Shown here: positions 1 to 13,300 of the stretch, piece by piece | Layout of the letters: the number at the start of each line of letters is the position of its first letter | Position numbering within the stretch: the stretch's first letter is position 1 | Source: Flectonema sp. DT1601 | Taxonomy: Eukaryota | Reading direction: 5' to 3' | DNA: 64,000 bases | Assembly: GCA_964019425.1 (NCBI GenBank) | Contig: OZ025803.1 | Span: 930,001-994,000 of the forward strand | Notes under the pieces: model-generated | The model's input: the letters and a program-made list of their open reading frames with translations, nothing else | Told to the model about the DNA's origin: nothing | Database searches by the model: none | Program-made: the position numbers and the translations under genes

Positions 1-2083
<2,083 letters not shown>

Positions 2084-2543
2084 TTTGAAAAGTGTTTTTG
2101 GAATTCAATAGCTGGAGGACGGGGAGGGAAAAGAAATTAGAAATACACAACTCCTCTCAGTTCACAACAATCAACAAAACAGAACAACAAGCAGCTCATA
2201 ATCCAACAAAGACCATCTAATTGTATAAGGCTGTGAAAATAGTTTAATAACCATACTTACCTTTTGAAATAGTTATCAAAGTTGGCATTGCCATGTGTAA
2301 AGCGAGTTGCAGGGAGTTCCTGTTTCCCTGCCTTTTCCCTTTTCCTTTTTTTTTTTTTTTTTTCTAAATACTTTTTTTTTCAGGGTTGGAGAACACCAGG
2401 AGTGATGTATGACGGAAACCGTAAAAATGCATTTTATTTTGTAAATAGGCCTCTTGTTGTTTACAAAGTTAGTTGTGTAGGCTGACCGTCACTTCCGTGT
2501 TGGCTCTCCATCTCACCCTCAGCCTCCCAATCTCTGGCCATCA

Positions 2544-2684
2544 TTAAGACTTCTGATACGTAACAGTGTATCCTGAGTTCTGAGCTGGTAGGTACAAGTT
2601 TCCTGGCAAGATGTTGTATGCCTGGTTTCCTGGAAGTGCGAAGGTGTATCCTGCTCCTCCCTGGGCTGGTCCTCCGACTGGCAT
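2544..2684 (-). CDS. 46-aa Gly/Pro-rich microprotein (paralog of 2976-3122)
   Basis: MPVGG...GYTFALPGNQAYNILPGNLYLPAQNSGYTVTYQKS aligns ungapped with the neighbour. An AG acceptor and an A/C-rich leader lie upstream of the ATG. Confidence 0.7.
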   Translation of the reverse strand: MPVGGPAQGGAGYTFALPGNQAYNILPGNLYLPAQNSGYTVTYQKS

Positions 2685-2975
2685 TGTTTTAGTGGTGTGT
2701 AGTGTAAATCTATTGATCAATATGATAAAAATTAATGAATTCACTTGAAAACAATCTTAACTAGTAACACAAGTGTATATCAGGGTCATGTTTTGTTTGT
2801 CTTCTCAATTCAATTCTTGTTCTGACCCTTTATATCTTTTTTTCTTCTGTTCACAAACGTTATTTTTATGTTTGTACGTGTATTTTTTTTTATTATTTTT
2901 TTATTTCTTTTTTTGATGTCTTTGCCAGAGATATAAAGTAACAACAACAAGTCACTCATCTACTTAACTAACATC

Positions 2976-3122
2976 CTACGAAGAGTTCGAGTAGATGATG
3001 GAGTATCCCTCAGCATTCCCAGGCAGCTGTAGGTTTCCAGGGTTGATCACTACTTTCTGGTTCGCTGGAAGAGTGAAGGCGTATCCTCCTGGACGTGGAG
3101 CGTTGATTCCCAATCCTGGCAT
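2976..3122 (-). CDS. 48-aa Gly/Pro-rich microprotein (paralog of 2544-2684)
   Basis: MPGLG...GYAFTLPANQKVVINPGNLQLPGNAEGYSIIYSNSS. A CAG acceptor and an A/C-rich leader lie upstream of the ATG. Confidence 0.7.
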   Translation of the reverse strand: MPGLGINAPRPGGYAFTLPANQKVVINPGNLQLPGNAEGYSIIYSNSS

Positions 3123-3581
3123 CGTTGTGTTGTGTAAGAAGTGTGTAAAAACTGAGGTGAGGGGGAAGGTAATTCTTAATCCACAAAAGAAGCAATTACG
3201 AAAATAACTCAATTTTTAAAACACAACAAGGCAAAACACTCGTCACACGGAAAATCTAGCCGGAAACAAACAACACAAACGAGTATCTACTGAGACTGTA
3301 AAATGGAAGTAATTAGTTATCACAAGAGGTGCTGAAGAAGATATTTTCTAAAATAAGGTTTCTAGTTAGGTTAAAATTCTATTTATTTTTTACAAGTCAA
3401 ATCGATGTGGGAGAGACCGACAACTCCACCCGTGAGTTTCGATGCGAAAAGGACCAAAACTGACCACTCCATAATATTATTATCACTTAGTTGGATGTGC
3501 ATATGAGAAGTCTCAATCAGACTACTCGCAAGAGCGCTTCGATATAAAATATTTTATTCACGACCGGAGTGGAATTAGTTA

Positions 3582-3959
3582 CTATCGAAGAGCAGCATGC
3601 GAATGCGCCACAGCTCTGAAGTAGTTCTTTAGTTTACTTCTGTTTGTGTCGTCGATGTTTTGATTTACTTTCGATGCCAACAGACTGCTGTCAGAATCAA
3701 ATCGAAGAGAGGAATCAATCTGTCGGTTCATCTCCTGAGGAGAGGATGATGAAGCCGCCGCCATTAATTGTGAAGTTGAAAGCTTACCAACCACAGAACC
3801 CAATTCACTATTCTCAAGAAGCCCATTCAATGTCGCTCTAAATTCCTCAACAGACATCTCTGAGAGAGTCTTTTCGATATCACTGCTGCTAACCTTTCGA
3901 ACGTCATCTGACGACAATCCACTTGAGGCCTCTCTAATGTCATTTAGTGATGTGGTCAT
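3582..3959 (-). CDS. Hypothetical protein, 125 aa, predicted helical
   Basis: ATG-started ORF with protein-like composition, same strand as neighbours, AG just upstream. Confidence 0.6.
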   Translation of the reverse strand: MTTSLNDIREASSGLSSDDVRKVSSSDIEKTLSEMSVEEFRATLNGLLENSELGSVVGKLSTSQLMAAASSSSPQEMNRQIDSSLRFDSDSSLLASKVNQNIDDTNRSKLKNYFRAVAHSHAALR

Positions 3960-4142
3960 TCTTATTTCTGAGAAAAGTAATTAAACACCTGACGCACAAC
4001 GTGGAAGACAATTATAAAATCCGTAAAAGAGTTCGAGTTCGACCCACGTGGTGAGAACTAATAAACATATCGAAGCTTAGATAATCCTAGAAAGGTTACC
4101 TCCGCAACGAATGACAAAATAAATTGACACTAAAATACCTTG

Positions 4143-4502
4143 TTAGTATTCTTCCATTGTCAGAGTAGAGATTGGAGAGGGTGCTCTCTTAAGATTTGTT
4201 AGTCGGAATCTCTGCATTTGTTGCATTTGAACTAATTTCCTGGCTGTCTTCCCCTGCCATGGTATCCAAGACTCTCTACTTCCTATTTCATTACCGCCTC
4301 TGAATGAAGGTCCAGGTTTTCTAGTGTGAAGCGGAATATCAAAATCAGAAGGCAAAGTATAACCCGGAGGTACGATAGTACTCTGCCTGCTAACAGCTGT
4401 CGGAGGAGGTGCCAGTGATCTGGATTTAGATTTCCTTAAATCTCGAAATGATGAAAACCCGTGTCGGAAGATTAATTCATCCTTCCACAACTCCACCGAC
4501 AT
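4143..4502 (-). CDS. Hypothetical protein, 119 aa
   Basis: ATG-started ORF in the co-directional cluster; no recognisable domain. Confidence 0.55.
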   Translation of the reverse strand: MSVELWKDELIFRHGFSSFRDLRKSKSRSLAPPPTAVSRQSTIVPPGYTLPSDFDIPLHTRKPGPSFRGGNEIGSRESWIPWQGKTARKLVQMQQMQRFRLTNLKRAPSPISTLTMEEY

Positions 4503-4810
4503 TGTAACCTAATTAGGTACTTCTGTGAGTGTGATAAGTTATTACGATCACTTCTTATTAATTACGTTAGTCGGGGTAATGTGTTGTTCTGCTGTAAAAG
4601 AAAAATAAATTATTTTCTTTCTCAGAAAACAAAAGTAAAGTTAGCAACGGAGCGAAAAAGGTCCTCGGAAGAGTCCCCTCGCCACCGGTGTAAATATAAA
4701 TAGAAATAATAAAAAAAATAAAATAAAAAATTGAAATTTTGGATACTTTTATAATAAACTTCCGACCCGAACAAGAACAGGAACAACAGGACGGTACAGC
4801 CGACGGTACT

Positions 4811-6199
4811 TTACTTCTTCGATGAGAGTCGCTCGCCCATCTCTTTCCACTCGCCATCTGTCATTACTTTAGATGATTTATTATCAATCAGATATTGGTG
4901 TTTTAGTCTACTGAGTGTCTCTTTTTGTCTTGTTACTGCAGCATCGTGTAGCCTTTGACTAACAGCTCCGTTCTCAGCAGCAGTCAGTCGTTTACCTCCA
5001 CAGCGATTACTGATGAGTGTTGCTGGGAGGTATTTATTCATTAATGAAGTTTGCTTTTCCCTCGACTTTTGAATGCTCGTTGTGTACAATCGAGTGATAC
5101 TTTCTGTTAAGTCTTCAGGTGATATACACCTCGGTTCTATTGGAGAGGATAAATATTTTCCAACTAACTGCTGCAGGCGGTTACTTTGATCTTTTGACAC
5201 TGAGTGCAAACGATTGACTGAATCGCACTGTTCGTCTACTGTTGGTTTGATTTTCTTATCCCTTTTATCACACAGAACTCTGTCTGTTAGTTGTTTCATG
5301 TTCTCTTCTTGTTTCTGTCTTGCTATTGTGTATAATCTGTTGACGAGTTCTCCTTCTTCTTCAGGTTGAATCTTTTTTTTTTTATTAACATCCCTCCCCT
5401 CTTCCGATGGAAATGTCCTTCCCAGCGGACCTATTTCAGACTCTTTAAGTTTTGGTAATTTATCGAAGGGGAGTAAATCTAATTCAGATTGCTCTTCTCT
5501 TGAGATTAGTTGAAGGGGATTTTGTCTCCTCCTCCCACTGCTATTGAGTGAAAGTATTTCTCTTAAAAATGAATTTTTAGTTAATTGCAAAGCAGTTTTC
5601 CTCCCAGGTGTTTGCTTATCGAGAAGAGCTCCTTTCGCTTTTAATAATTGACAACTGTCCCGACCCTCAACACCAACAGAGTGAAGGGCTAAAAGATGAA
5701 TTGGTGTCAAACCTGCGTAGTTAGTTGTGTTAACTCGTAGGATCTTTAGCCTACAGATATCAGATATAAAAGAGACGGGTGGTTTAGGACGTGTACAGCA
5801 ACAGTGAAGTATCGCATTGCCATCTACTTCTCTCTGATAGTTAACATTATTTCCATTCTTCGATAACAACAACAATCCAATATCATATTTACAATATTTA
5901 ATACTAAGAAACAAAGCTTCTATCTGTAGTTGAGCATCAGAGGTCTTGTCGTAGATTAAATTCGTCATTTTCTTTCTTCCATTAAACACAGCGTGGTGTA
6001 GTAAAGGACCCTTTACATTACTACTAGTGATTATTATGTTGCATTTGGCATTTGAATCGTCGCAGGAAAGGCCTTCCGCAAGTTTATTATAATTACCCTT
6101 TTCAATAAGGAATGCCAGCTCAAGTACTTCTTTTTGAAGAGGTGTTTCTTCAGTGTTTTGTTCGAGATCGACGGTTTGCTCAACTTTTTCCGAATCCAT
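4811..6199 (-). CDS. Ankyrin-repeat protein with C-terminal RLY/RLH-type helical repeats
   Basis: Ankyrin-like motifs PLLHHAVFNG, GNAILHCCC, GLTPIHLLA, RKTALQL; repeated VNRLY/VNRLH/ITRLY/SQRLH. Start placed at MDSEK. Confidence 0.8.
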   Translation of the reverse strand: MDSEKVEQTVDLEQNTEETPLQKEVLELAFLIEKGNYNKLAEGLSCDDSNAKCNIIITSSNVKGPLLHHAVFNGRKKMTNLIYDKTSDAQLQIEALFLSIKYCKYDIGLLLLSKNGNNVNYQREVDGNAILHCCCTRPKPPVSFISDICRLKILRVNTTNYAGLTPIHLLALHSVGVEGRDSCQLLKAKGALLDKQTPGRKTALQLTKNSFLREILSLNSSGRRRQNPLQLISREEQSELDLLPFDKLPKLKESEIGPLGRTFPSEEGRDVNKKKKIQPEEEGELVNRLYTIARQKQEENMKQLTDRVLCDKRDKKIKPTVDEQCDSVNRLHSVSKDQSNRLQQLVGKYLSSPIEPRCISPEDLTESITRLYTTSIQKSREKQTSLMNKYLPATLISNRCGGKRLTAAENGAVSQRLHDAAVTRQKETLSRLKHQYLIDNKSSKVMTDGEWKEMGERLSSKK

Positions 6200-7297
6200 T
6201 TTTTTTTTTTTATTATCGTCAGTGGTGGTGGTCACTTCACCCTGTTGGAATAATTAAAACATAAAAAAAACAACACAAAAAAAAAAAAAAAAATTAAAAA
6301 AAAAAAAAAGAAACAAACAAAGAAATCATATCTTCGCCTTTGCAACACCAAAGTAATAAGGAGACGGAAGGCAAGGATTTTTGACGAAATGTTAACAAGA
6401 AGAAGATAAAAAAAGAAGGAAAAACCATCCTATACCAAAAGGGGGGAGCGTTAATTGTTTGAGCAGATATAAACATAAAGATCGTATCAAAAAGTTAACT
6501 AATATAAAAACGATTAGTAATTAATGATACACGTTGACTAAAGGTAATGTTTGTATAGGTAGGCCACATTATTATCTGCATACACATATCTTTTTTCGTG
6601 GTGTTATTCAGCGTAGTACGGAATTGAGTTATTCAATTGTTTAAGTGAGCCCCGGGAAATCAAATATAACTGAGAAAAGGGAGGTCAATCAGTTGTCATT
6701 GTCGTTGTTTTTTTTTTTTTTTTTTTTTTTTTTTTCTACATCGATATATCAAGCGGAACCCAAACAGGATAAAAGACAATAACAAAAAAAACATATCAAC
6801 TACACGTCTATGCTTTGCAGAAGGTGTTATAAGGAGAGACATACCTAATCGATGTCGTGATTAACAAAAAAGCAACTTGAAAAATTACTTTACTTCGCCA
6901 AACCTCAACCACCAAGACAGATGAAGACAGATAATTAGAAACAAATTTAGTTTTCCGACTTGCTACTCGCATTGTTCTGTCGGCATTGTGGTTAACAGTA
7001 CCAGAGAGAATTCTTTTGAAATTATAAGAGGTTCTTAGTCGGGGCAAACAAGGGGAACAAAGAGGGGGGAAGCGAATCCAGTCCACATTTACTGGGCTGT
7101 ATTCTACCAGATGACGAAATTTTAGAGAAAAAGAAAACAAAGGCAAGTAGGGGGGCAGAGTTCCATAATGTTACTACCCTTAAGTAATAGCAGGAGGTTC
7201 AATATGAATAGATTACCGCCAACGAGTCTACCTTTTGAAGGACAACAAAGATAAGAAAACAGAAACCACAAAATAAGTTCTAAAAGTATACAACAGA

Positions 7298-8850
7298 TCA
7301 CATGATAAGACAATTCTTTTTCTTACCTTTTCGACTGTCAGATGTCTTGCCATTATGAGACGCCATTTTCCTAAAGAAAGCCAGTCGGTTGGCATCTTCA
7401 GTATGAACAATGTGAAGAGCGTGTCCACTAGCAGGTTGGAATCCCTGAGACACTAATGGCACTGATGGTAAAAGGGGTGTTGGTTTGAATGACGACAGAG
7501 TAATATCACTCTCACCCAACCAGTACACAGCCTGAGCATTCCAAGAAGCTGTCGAGATACGTGCGTCATGCCAGTGTTTGTCTGAAGTTAATTTCTTGTG
7601 GATGTGAACAGGAGTTGCACTCCCCCGAGAGCAACGCACGTGTCTACTCTCAACAGTTTCACTGTATCCCCAAAGAACTACCAAGACGTGTAAAGAATGA
7701 GCCTTTTTGAGCGGGGGGTCAGTAACCCCACACCACTTCGTAATTTCTCTGACAAGAAACTTTGGCAGCCCAGATATGTTGTTATTACGTGCCGTTGATA
7801 CCGCTAAAATTTTTATAAATTTTCTCGTCTCCGATGTTATCCAAATCTTACCAACAGTGTCATCGCCAGTCTCAACGACGCAATTCCTCGTCAGTTTGTG
7901 TGGTATTTTTAACTGATCACATAGCCCTCGTAGCTTTTTAACATTTGAGGCAAAGCAGCTGTCGGACTTTACATTCCATTGAGTGCCTTGTTGACAACTG
8001 ATTGTCATTTTAGAAACGTCTGTTTCTGAAGTCTTTACAGTCAGACCAGAAACATAATAACAACCACCAGAGTCGAGAACTTTTAGTTTATTTGGTTTGC
8101 TAACACTTTGACAAAATACAATCTCACTCTCAGATTGGTGAAGTTTGAAAACAACCTTATCAGAAACTGTTCCCTTTGGTATGTTATTCCAAACACCTGT
8201 CTCATCAGCTAACTTCTTTAGAGATTCTAATAATTGAGGATGTGATTGACTTTGTGAAGGTAGATTACAACCTTTATATATGTCAACAAATCTAAGCATC
8301 GGACCCCTCTCATCATAAACAATAGTTCCGATATCAGCCCTTGGAGAGTTGTTAACGTGATACGATATACCTCTTCCAGCTCCTTTAGCAGGTGAGAATC
8401 GGAGTTTATTTCCTGTCTTACCGTCGAGGAACTCTACTGGTGCAGCATTGACTGATCTTTTCAACGTTAGGCTGTTCGCCATGCGGAATTGTTCAGCTTT
8501 TGAATTCTTTCTTCCGGTTAAATTAGGTTCTGGAGTATCGTCGTTTCCCCCTCTGATCTCTCTCTTTGTGTAAAGAGATGTCGTTTTTGGAATGGACAGT
8601 TCTTCAACTAATTCTTCTTCACGACACTTGTTTGATTGATACATCGTTTTGGAACCTTTTTCCAAGTGAGGAGTCTGTTGGTAGTATTGTATTTGAGAAT
8701 AATTATATTTAACAGTAATGTGAGACGGAACAGGACAAGACAGGAACAACATACTACTTCTTCACTATTACAATTTTCGTTTTCCTCTGTGGAACTTTGA
8801 ATATCTACATCCGCTTTTGTCTCCAAGTCCACTCCAATATCCGCATTCAT
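7298..8850 (-). CDS. Hypothetical protein, two exons (intron 8675-8754)
   Basis: Exon 1 MNADIG...SEEV splices through a GTATGT...CAACAG intron in phase into TPHLEKGSKTMYQ of the long ORF 7298-8752. Confidence 0.7.
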
Positions 8851-9276
8851 AGTGAGGAGGGGAAGGAGGGGAGCAGGTCCTTCCCACCTGAAAAGATAAA
8901 TAAATTTGATCATAAAATTATAAAAACTTCTAAATAAGTTCTACAGCGCAGACTCCAACTATTCCGTTAGCGTGGACATCAGAGTACCTGTCATTGAGAA
9001 GAACAGTAGTTATAATTATAATAAAGATAATTAACAGTAGACACAAAAAGGGGAATAAGAACAAAAGAAAAAACTAAATTACAATCAACACACTCGATAT
9101 GTGCGCATAACGTTTAAGGCAAAAAACTCTACATGTTTGGCTTTAAAAAATAATATACATCTCATCAACAACTTATGTCGGAGAGAGTTGACTGCTGACA
9201 TTCAGAAGTGAAGTGATCTCGTTAAGGGTCCTCAACTCTTCTCAAAAAGATTGATGAGGAGGATATTAATAAGAGA

Positions 9277-11466
9277 TCACATCAACACTGCAGTCAATGC
9301 TAAAGGTTCCATTCCTTCAGCTACGAGTACAGTCGGAATATCTGGAGGAAGTCCTTCTTTCGCAATGAAGACGTCAGCATTGCTGATGTGCATTCCACGA
9401 GCGACAGCCCCGAGGGGAACAGACTTCCCGCAATATATAAAAAGTGTTCTATCACAGACTATGTGATAGACGCCATGTGGGGACACAGTACCGCGAGTAA
9501 GAGAAATCGAAGAGAATGTAGGACCCCCACCGCCCGGTGCAAAAAGTAGTACCTGCATCTGCGGAACAATAGCAGCAGTGCGAAAACCGATACTCGCGAC
9601 TAGACGAGCATCAATTTCTTGTTGTTGAGATCTACTTGCTTGAGGAAGTAATGCAGCTAGTTGTTCCTGGTACATTCTAAGTAGAGGTAGTCCTAAAGAT
9701 TCAGCTAAGGCATGTGCTAGGGATAAGGCAGTCTGTGTTTGTGTTCCAATAACACCAACGCCATCATCACCCTTTATCACAATAATTGTGTTGCTGCTAC
9801 TTCCGATACAACTTATTAATACTTCTTGACAGGCTGGTAGTTCTGATACTATTCTCGAGGTGGCTTCAGGAGTGTTGAAGAATCGAATACGACCATCTCT
9901 GATAGGCTCACAGTCGACTGTTGCAATAAATCCATTCGTGTTCTTACGAAGTGCCGTCAGTTCAAAAGACTGTGACTCTGCATCATGAAAAACTCTTTCA
10001 TGCCGTCCGGCACTTATCTCTTCTGCTGTTATACAACTCTGACTGAAGGCACTGTCAGCAACTGATTGGGGAGCGTGTCTCCCGATCCAATATAACACTT
10101 CTCTTGTCATTTTATTCGAGAATACATAACTACAACTAGTGTGTAGGACTCCACTAAAAGCAACAGAAATATTAGTAACGACAGCCTGCCCGGATGGTAA
10201 GGCTGAATGTTTAGACACTTGTAATTCTGATGGAACGATCCGAGGTGAGACTGAAGGTACAGTCATTTGATCAACAGCTGACGGTTGATAAGGTTTGTGT
10301 TCAACTGGTGATGTACTCGCGACATATGGGTAATGGACATCAGGTGCCCTGTGAACATCAGGTGGTCTGTGGAAATCAGGTGGCCTGTGGACATCAGGTG
10401 CCCTGTGAACATCAAGTGGCATATGGACATCAGGTGGTCTGTGGAAATCAGGTGGCCTGCGTGTATCAGGTGCCCTGTGGGCATCAAGTGGCTTGTGAAC
10501 ATCAAGTGGCATATGGACATCAAGTGGCTTGTGGACATCAAGTGGCTTGTGGACATAATGACGACCAACAGCTACATTATGAGGAGGTGATATCCCACTC
10601 GGAACACTACTAACTGTCGGAGGGTGAGGTTGGTATCCGATATCTGTTTGGTGTGAAGGCGTTGGTTTTCTAACCATTTGAAGCTCCGTTTGTCGAACAG
10701 CTTCTTCGAGAAGCGACAAAGCATCGCTGGTAGACGTGACTTCCCTTTTCGGTTTCTTTCCCTGCATGATGTCCAGAGCATTCTCAAGCTCATTAATAGC
10801 GAGGTCTAACTTGTCTTCATCAACTGTGGCCATGGATGTGGTAACTGTTGTTGTGTTAACGGGTTTCTTACTTACGGTCCCTACTGATGAGGTTCCTGGA
10901 GGGGTTTTATTGATATCAACAAGAAGTTTTCTGGGTCGAACCGGAGTTAGTCGCCTCTGATTTTTAACAACTTTTGGATAAGGTGATAACGGTGGGGGAA
11001 TATCGATAGGATCATTTATGGTAGTTGGAACAGATATATGTGACTGCTGTAGTTGTTGTAGGTGAGGTTGTTGTTGTTGAGGATGTTGTTGTTGTTGAGG
11101 ATGTTGTTGTTGTAAGTGAGCCCATTCATTAGCAACTTTAGTTCGAGCCTGTTCTTTGATTTGTTGGATTAAATCGTCAGCAGATCGTTTTCCATCTTTT
11201 TCAACTTCGTCCTGGTCCACAGCAGCCGTGTCATAAATATTTCTTCTAACAGTCGTAGGTACTGCTGTATGAGAATAATTTCTCATTCTTAAATACTTTT
11301 TTCTCAGTTCCGACAAAAGTTGTTCCTCTGCACCCTTCCATTCATCCAATATATCCGGGATACTGACTAACTTAGTAGGGTTGTGTTCTTCATAAAACTC
11401 CCACAGAGGCCACACCATACCGAGAGCCAGTCCCCGTTCTTTGCATTCATTCAGGACAGCTTCCAT
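9277..11466 (-). CDS. Hypothetical 729-aa protein with poly-Q tract and His-containing hexapeptide repeats
   Basis: Long ATG ORF with QQQHP tracts and PLDVHK/PPDFHR/APDVHR repeats. Confidence 0.8.
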   Translation of the reverse strand: MEAVLNECKERGLALGMVWPLWEFYEEHNPTKLVSIPDILDEWKGAEEQLLSELRKKYLRMRNYSHTAVPTTVRRNIYDTAAVDQDEVEKDGKRSADDLIQQIKEQARTKVANEWAHLQQQHPQQQQHPQQQQPHLQQLQQSHISVPTTINDPIDIPPPLSPYPKVVKNQRRLTPVRPRKLLVDINKTPPGTSSVGTVSKKPVNTTTVTTSMATVDEDKLDLAINELENALDIMQGKKPKREVTSTSDALSLLEEAVRQTELQMVRKPTPSHQTDIGYQPHPPTVSSVPSGISPPHNVAVGRHYVHKPLDVHKPLDVHMPLDVHKPLDAHRAPDTRRPPDFHRPPDVHMPLDVHRAPDVHRPPDFHRPPDVHRAPDVHYPYVASTSPVEHKPYQPSAVDQMTVPSVSPRIVPSELQVSKHSALPSGQAVVTNISVAFSGVLHTSCSYVFSNKMTREVLYWIGRHAPQSVADSAFSQSCITAEEISAGRHERVFHDAESQSFELTALRKNTNGFIATVDCEPIRDGRIRFFNTPEATSRIVSELPACQEVLISCIGSSSNTIIVIKGDDGVGVIGTQTQTALSLAHALAESLGLPLLRMYQEQLAALLPQASRSQQQEIDARLVASIGFRTAAIVPQMQVLLFAPGGGGPTFSSISLTRGTVSPHGVYHIVCDRTLFIYCGKSVPLGAVARGMHISNADVFIAKEGLPPDIPTVLVAEGMEPLALTAVLM
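10335..10560. repeat. Coding 18-bp tandem repeat
   Basis: About 12 imperfect units of gacatcaagtggcttgtg type, encoding xxD(V/F)H(K/R/M). Confidence 0.9.
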
Positions 11467-11729
11467 TGGTGCGTTTTCATTTGATTTGAGTAATTGAAAT
11501 TCTGGTTTCTGAATGAGATGAGATAATTAACGAAAGGGAATAAGAAGAAGGAGGAGAAATAACAATTACTACGTCGTCATCGGAGCAACAGACGTGATAA
11601 GAGAGTCTGGATGAGACTCTCAGAATAGAACAAAAAACCAAACAAAAACAAATGAACGACTTCATAAAACACGTTTGTATCGGTTTGACGAATCGTCACA
11701 ATGAGTAGGCAAAAGCCAATTGTCGATTA

Positions 11730-12548
11730 TTATAATTTACTTTTTCCAACCAGTCGAAGAGTATTCTTATTTTTTAGAATATATTGCTTAAGATTCTGAA
11801 TAGACTTTGCCTGAGATGATATAATTACATTCACAACACTGGCAGGAATCCAACCTCGAGGATCAACCTGAGCAATGTAAATAACATTAACACTACCTGG
11901 TGAGGTTGGGGTCACTATGAATCCTGTGGTTAATATATCACCTCGTACTACTCCTTTACGAGACGCTGTTGTTGGAGGAGTAACAGATATTGCCTTACAT
12001 ATAAAGGATCCATCATCCTCGAACTGTTCACTTACCACAACTTCAAAATCTCTCGCACTAACAATTGACGGAACTGGACTTCGGAAATCCATGTGTCTGT
12101 TTGTGTTGAAGATGTGTTTGAGAGGAGTTTACAAAAAATATATATAAAAATAATATTAAAATAGAATACACACCTGTGGTATATTTCAAGTTTTGGGTTT
12201 TCACGCATTCTGTAAGCCTGGATGTCCCTCCCACCCTCAAAAAGGTCATCCCAGTGAGGTCTTCTCTCGAAGTTTAACGCCGCTTTAAACTGCTGTACGG
12301 TACTTTCTAAAGGTATCTCTCCCAGTAAAACATGTAATCCAGTGCCGGGTGTGATTTTTGTCCAAGTTTTTACACCACCCTGTTAGTTAGTGTATTGACT
12401 TGTGTTACTTTCATTTGTGAAATAATAAATTAGTACAAACCTCGAATCGGTTAGGCTTTCCACAGGACTGTCTTGTACGAGGGTGGGCTAGCTCTCGTAG
12501 TTCACGGAAATCGTTGCTACTGGATAGACACTGTTGTAGTGAAGGCAT
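11730..12548 (-). CDS. START-domain lipid-transfer protein with C-terminal SKL; three exons (introns 12380-12440 and 12097-12173)
   Basis: Spliced product has START motifs RPHWD, SARDF, GVVRG, QVDPRGWIP. Both introns are GT-AG and keep the frame. It ends GKSKL. Confidence 0.85.
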
Positions 12549-12873
12549 CTTATATGTTATTGTATTGTGGGAATACTTCCCACAGCCCTCCCTCACTGTA
12601 ATTGTGATGAACGTTAAGAAGAAGACAGATGGAATATTGCTGAAAATCTAATATTTTCTTTCACAGTACACAAAATAATGAGGTCTCCTTATTCCAACAT
12701 GTGTGGATGCAGTTAGAGTGTCACCTGTGAAAGGAAAACTTAAAAATTATTTTTTAAAACAAACTCGTTTGATAATACTTTTTCTTAATAAAAAAAAAAA
12801 AAAAGAAGAAAAGAAATTTGAACAAGGTAAACACCGAAAGGAAATTCAGCGTTTGTGAGGTCTCTAAAACAAT

Positions 12874-12909
<36 letters not shown>

Positions 12910-13300
12910 AATTTCTTTTTCTTTTTCTTTTTCTTTTTTTTTCTTCTTCTTTGTTAAATCTATAGAAGGTGGTTTCCTCCTGTCAATCAGCTGTCTCTAT
13001 CTATCTCTATTTATATCAGTAGACTACTGGTTGATTATAACTTGTTATTATTGACAATTAACTTTTTAAAAACTTGTTAAGTTGTTAAACAAAAAAAAGG
13101 GAAAAATAATATAAAATTTGCTGGTGAAGTGGTCGTGAGAATATTAGACAAAAAATAAATAACAAAAACAGATTATCTATGAGGAGGTGAGGGAGAGGGA
13201 GAGTGAGAGTGAGAGAGAAGGGAAAGACATATTATAATCTGAAGAAGTAACACAAAAAGGATCCTCTTCTCCAATTCATTACAATACTTCAGACGTGAGT

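Noticed and set aside
10230..10613. Cys/His-rich antisense and alternate-frame ORFs
   Set aside because: By-products of the 18-bp coding repeat on the minus-strand gene.
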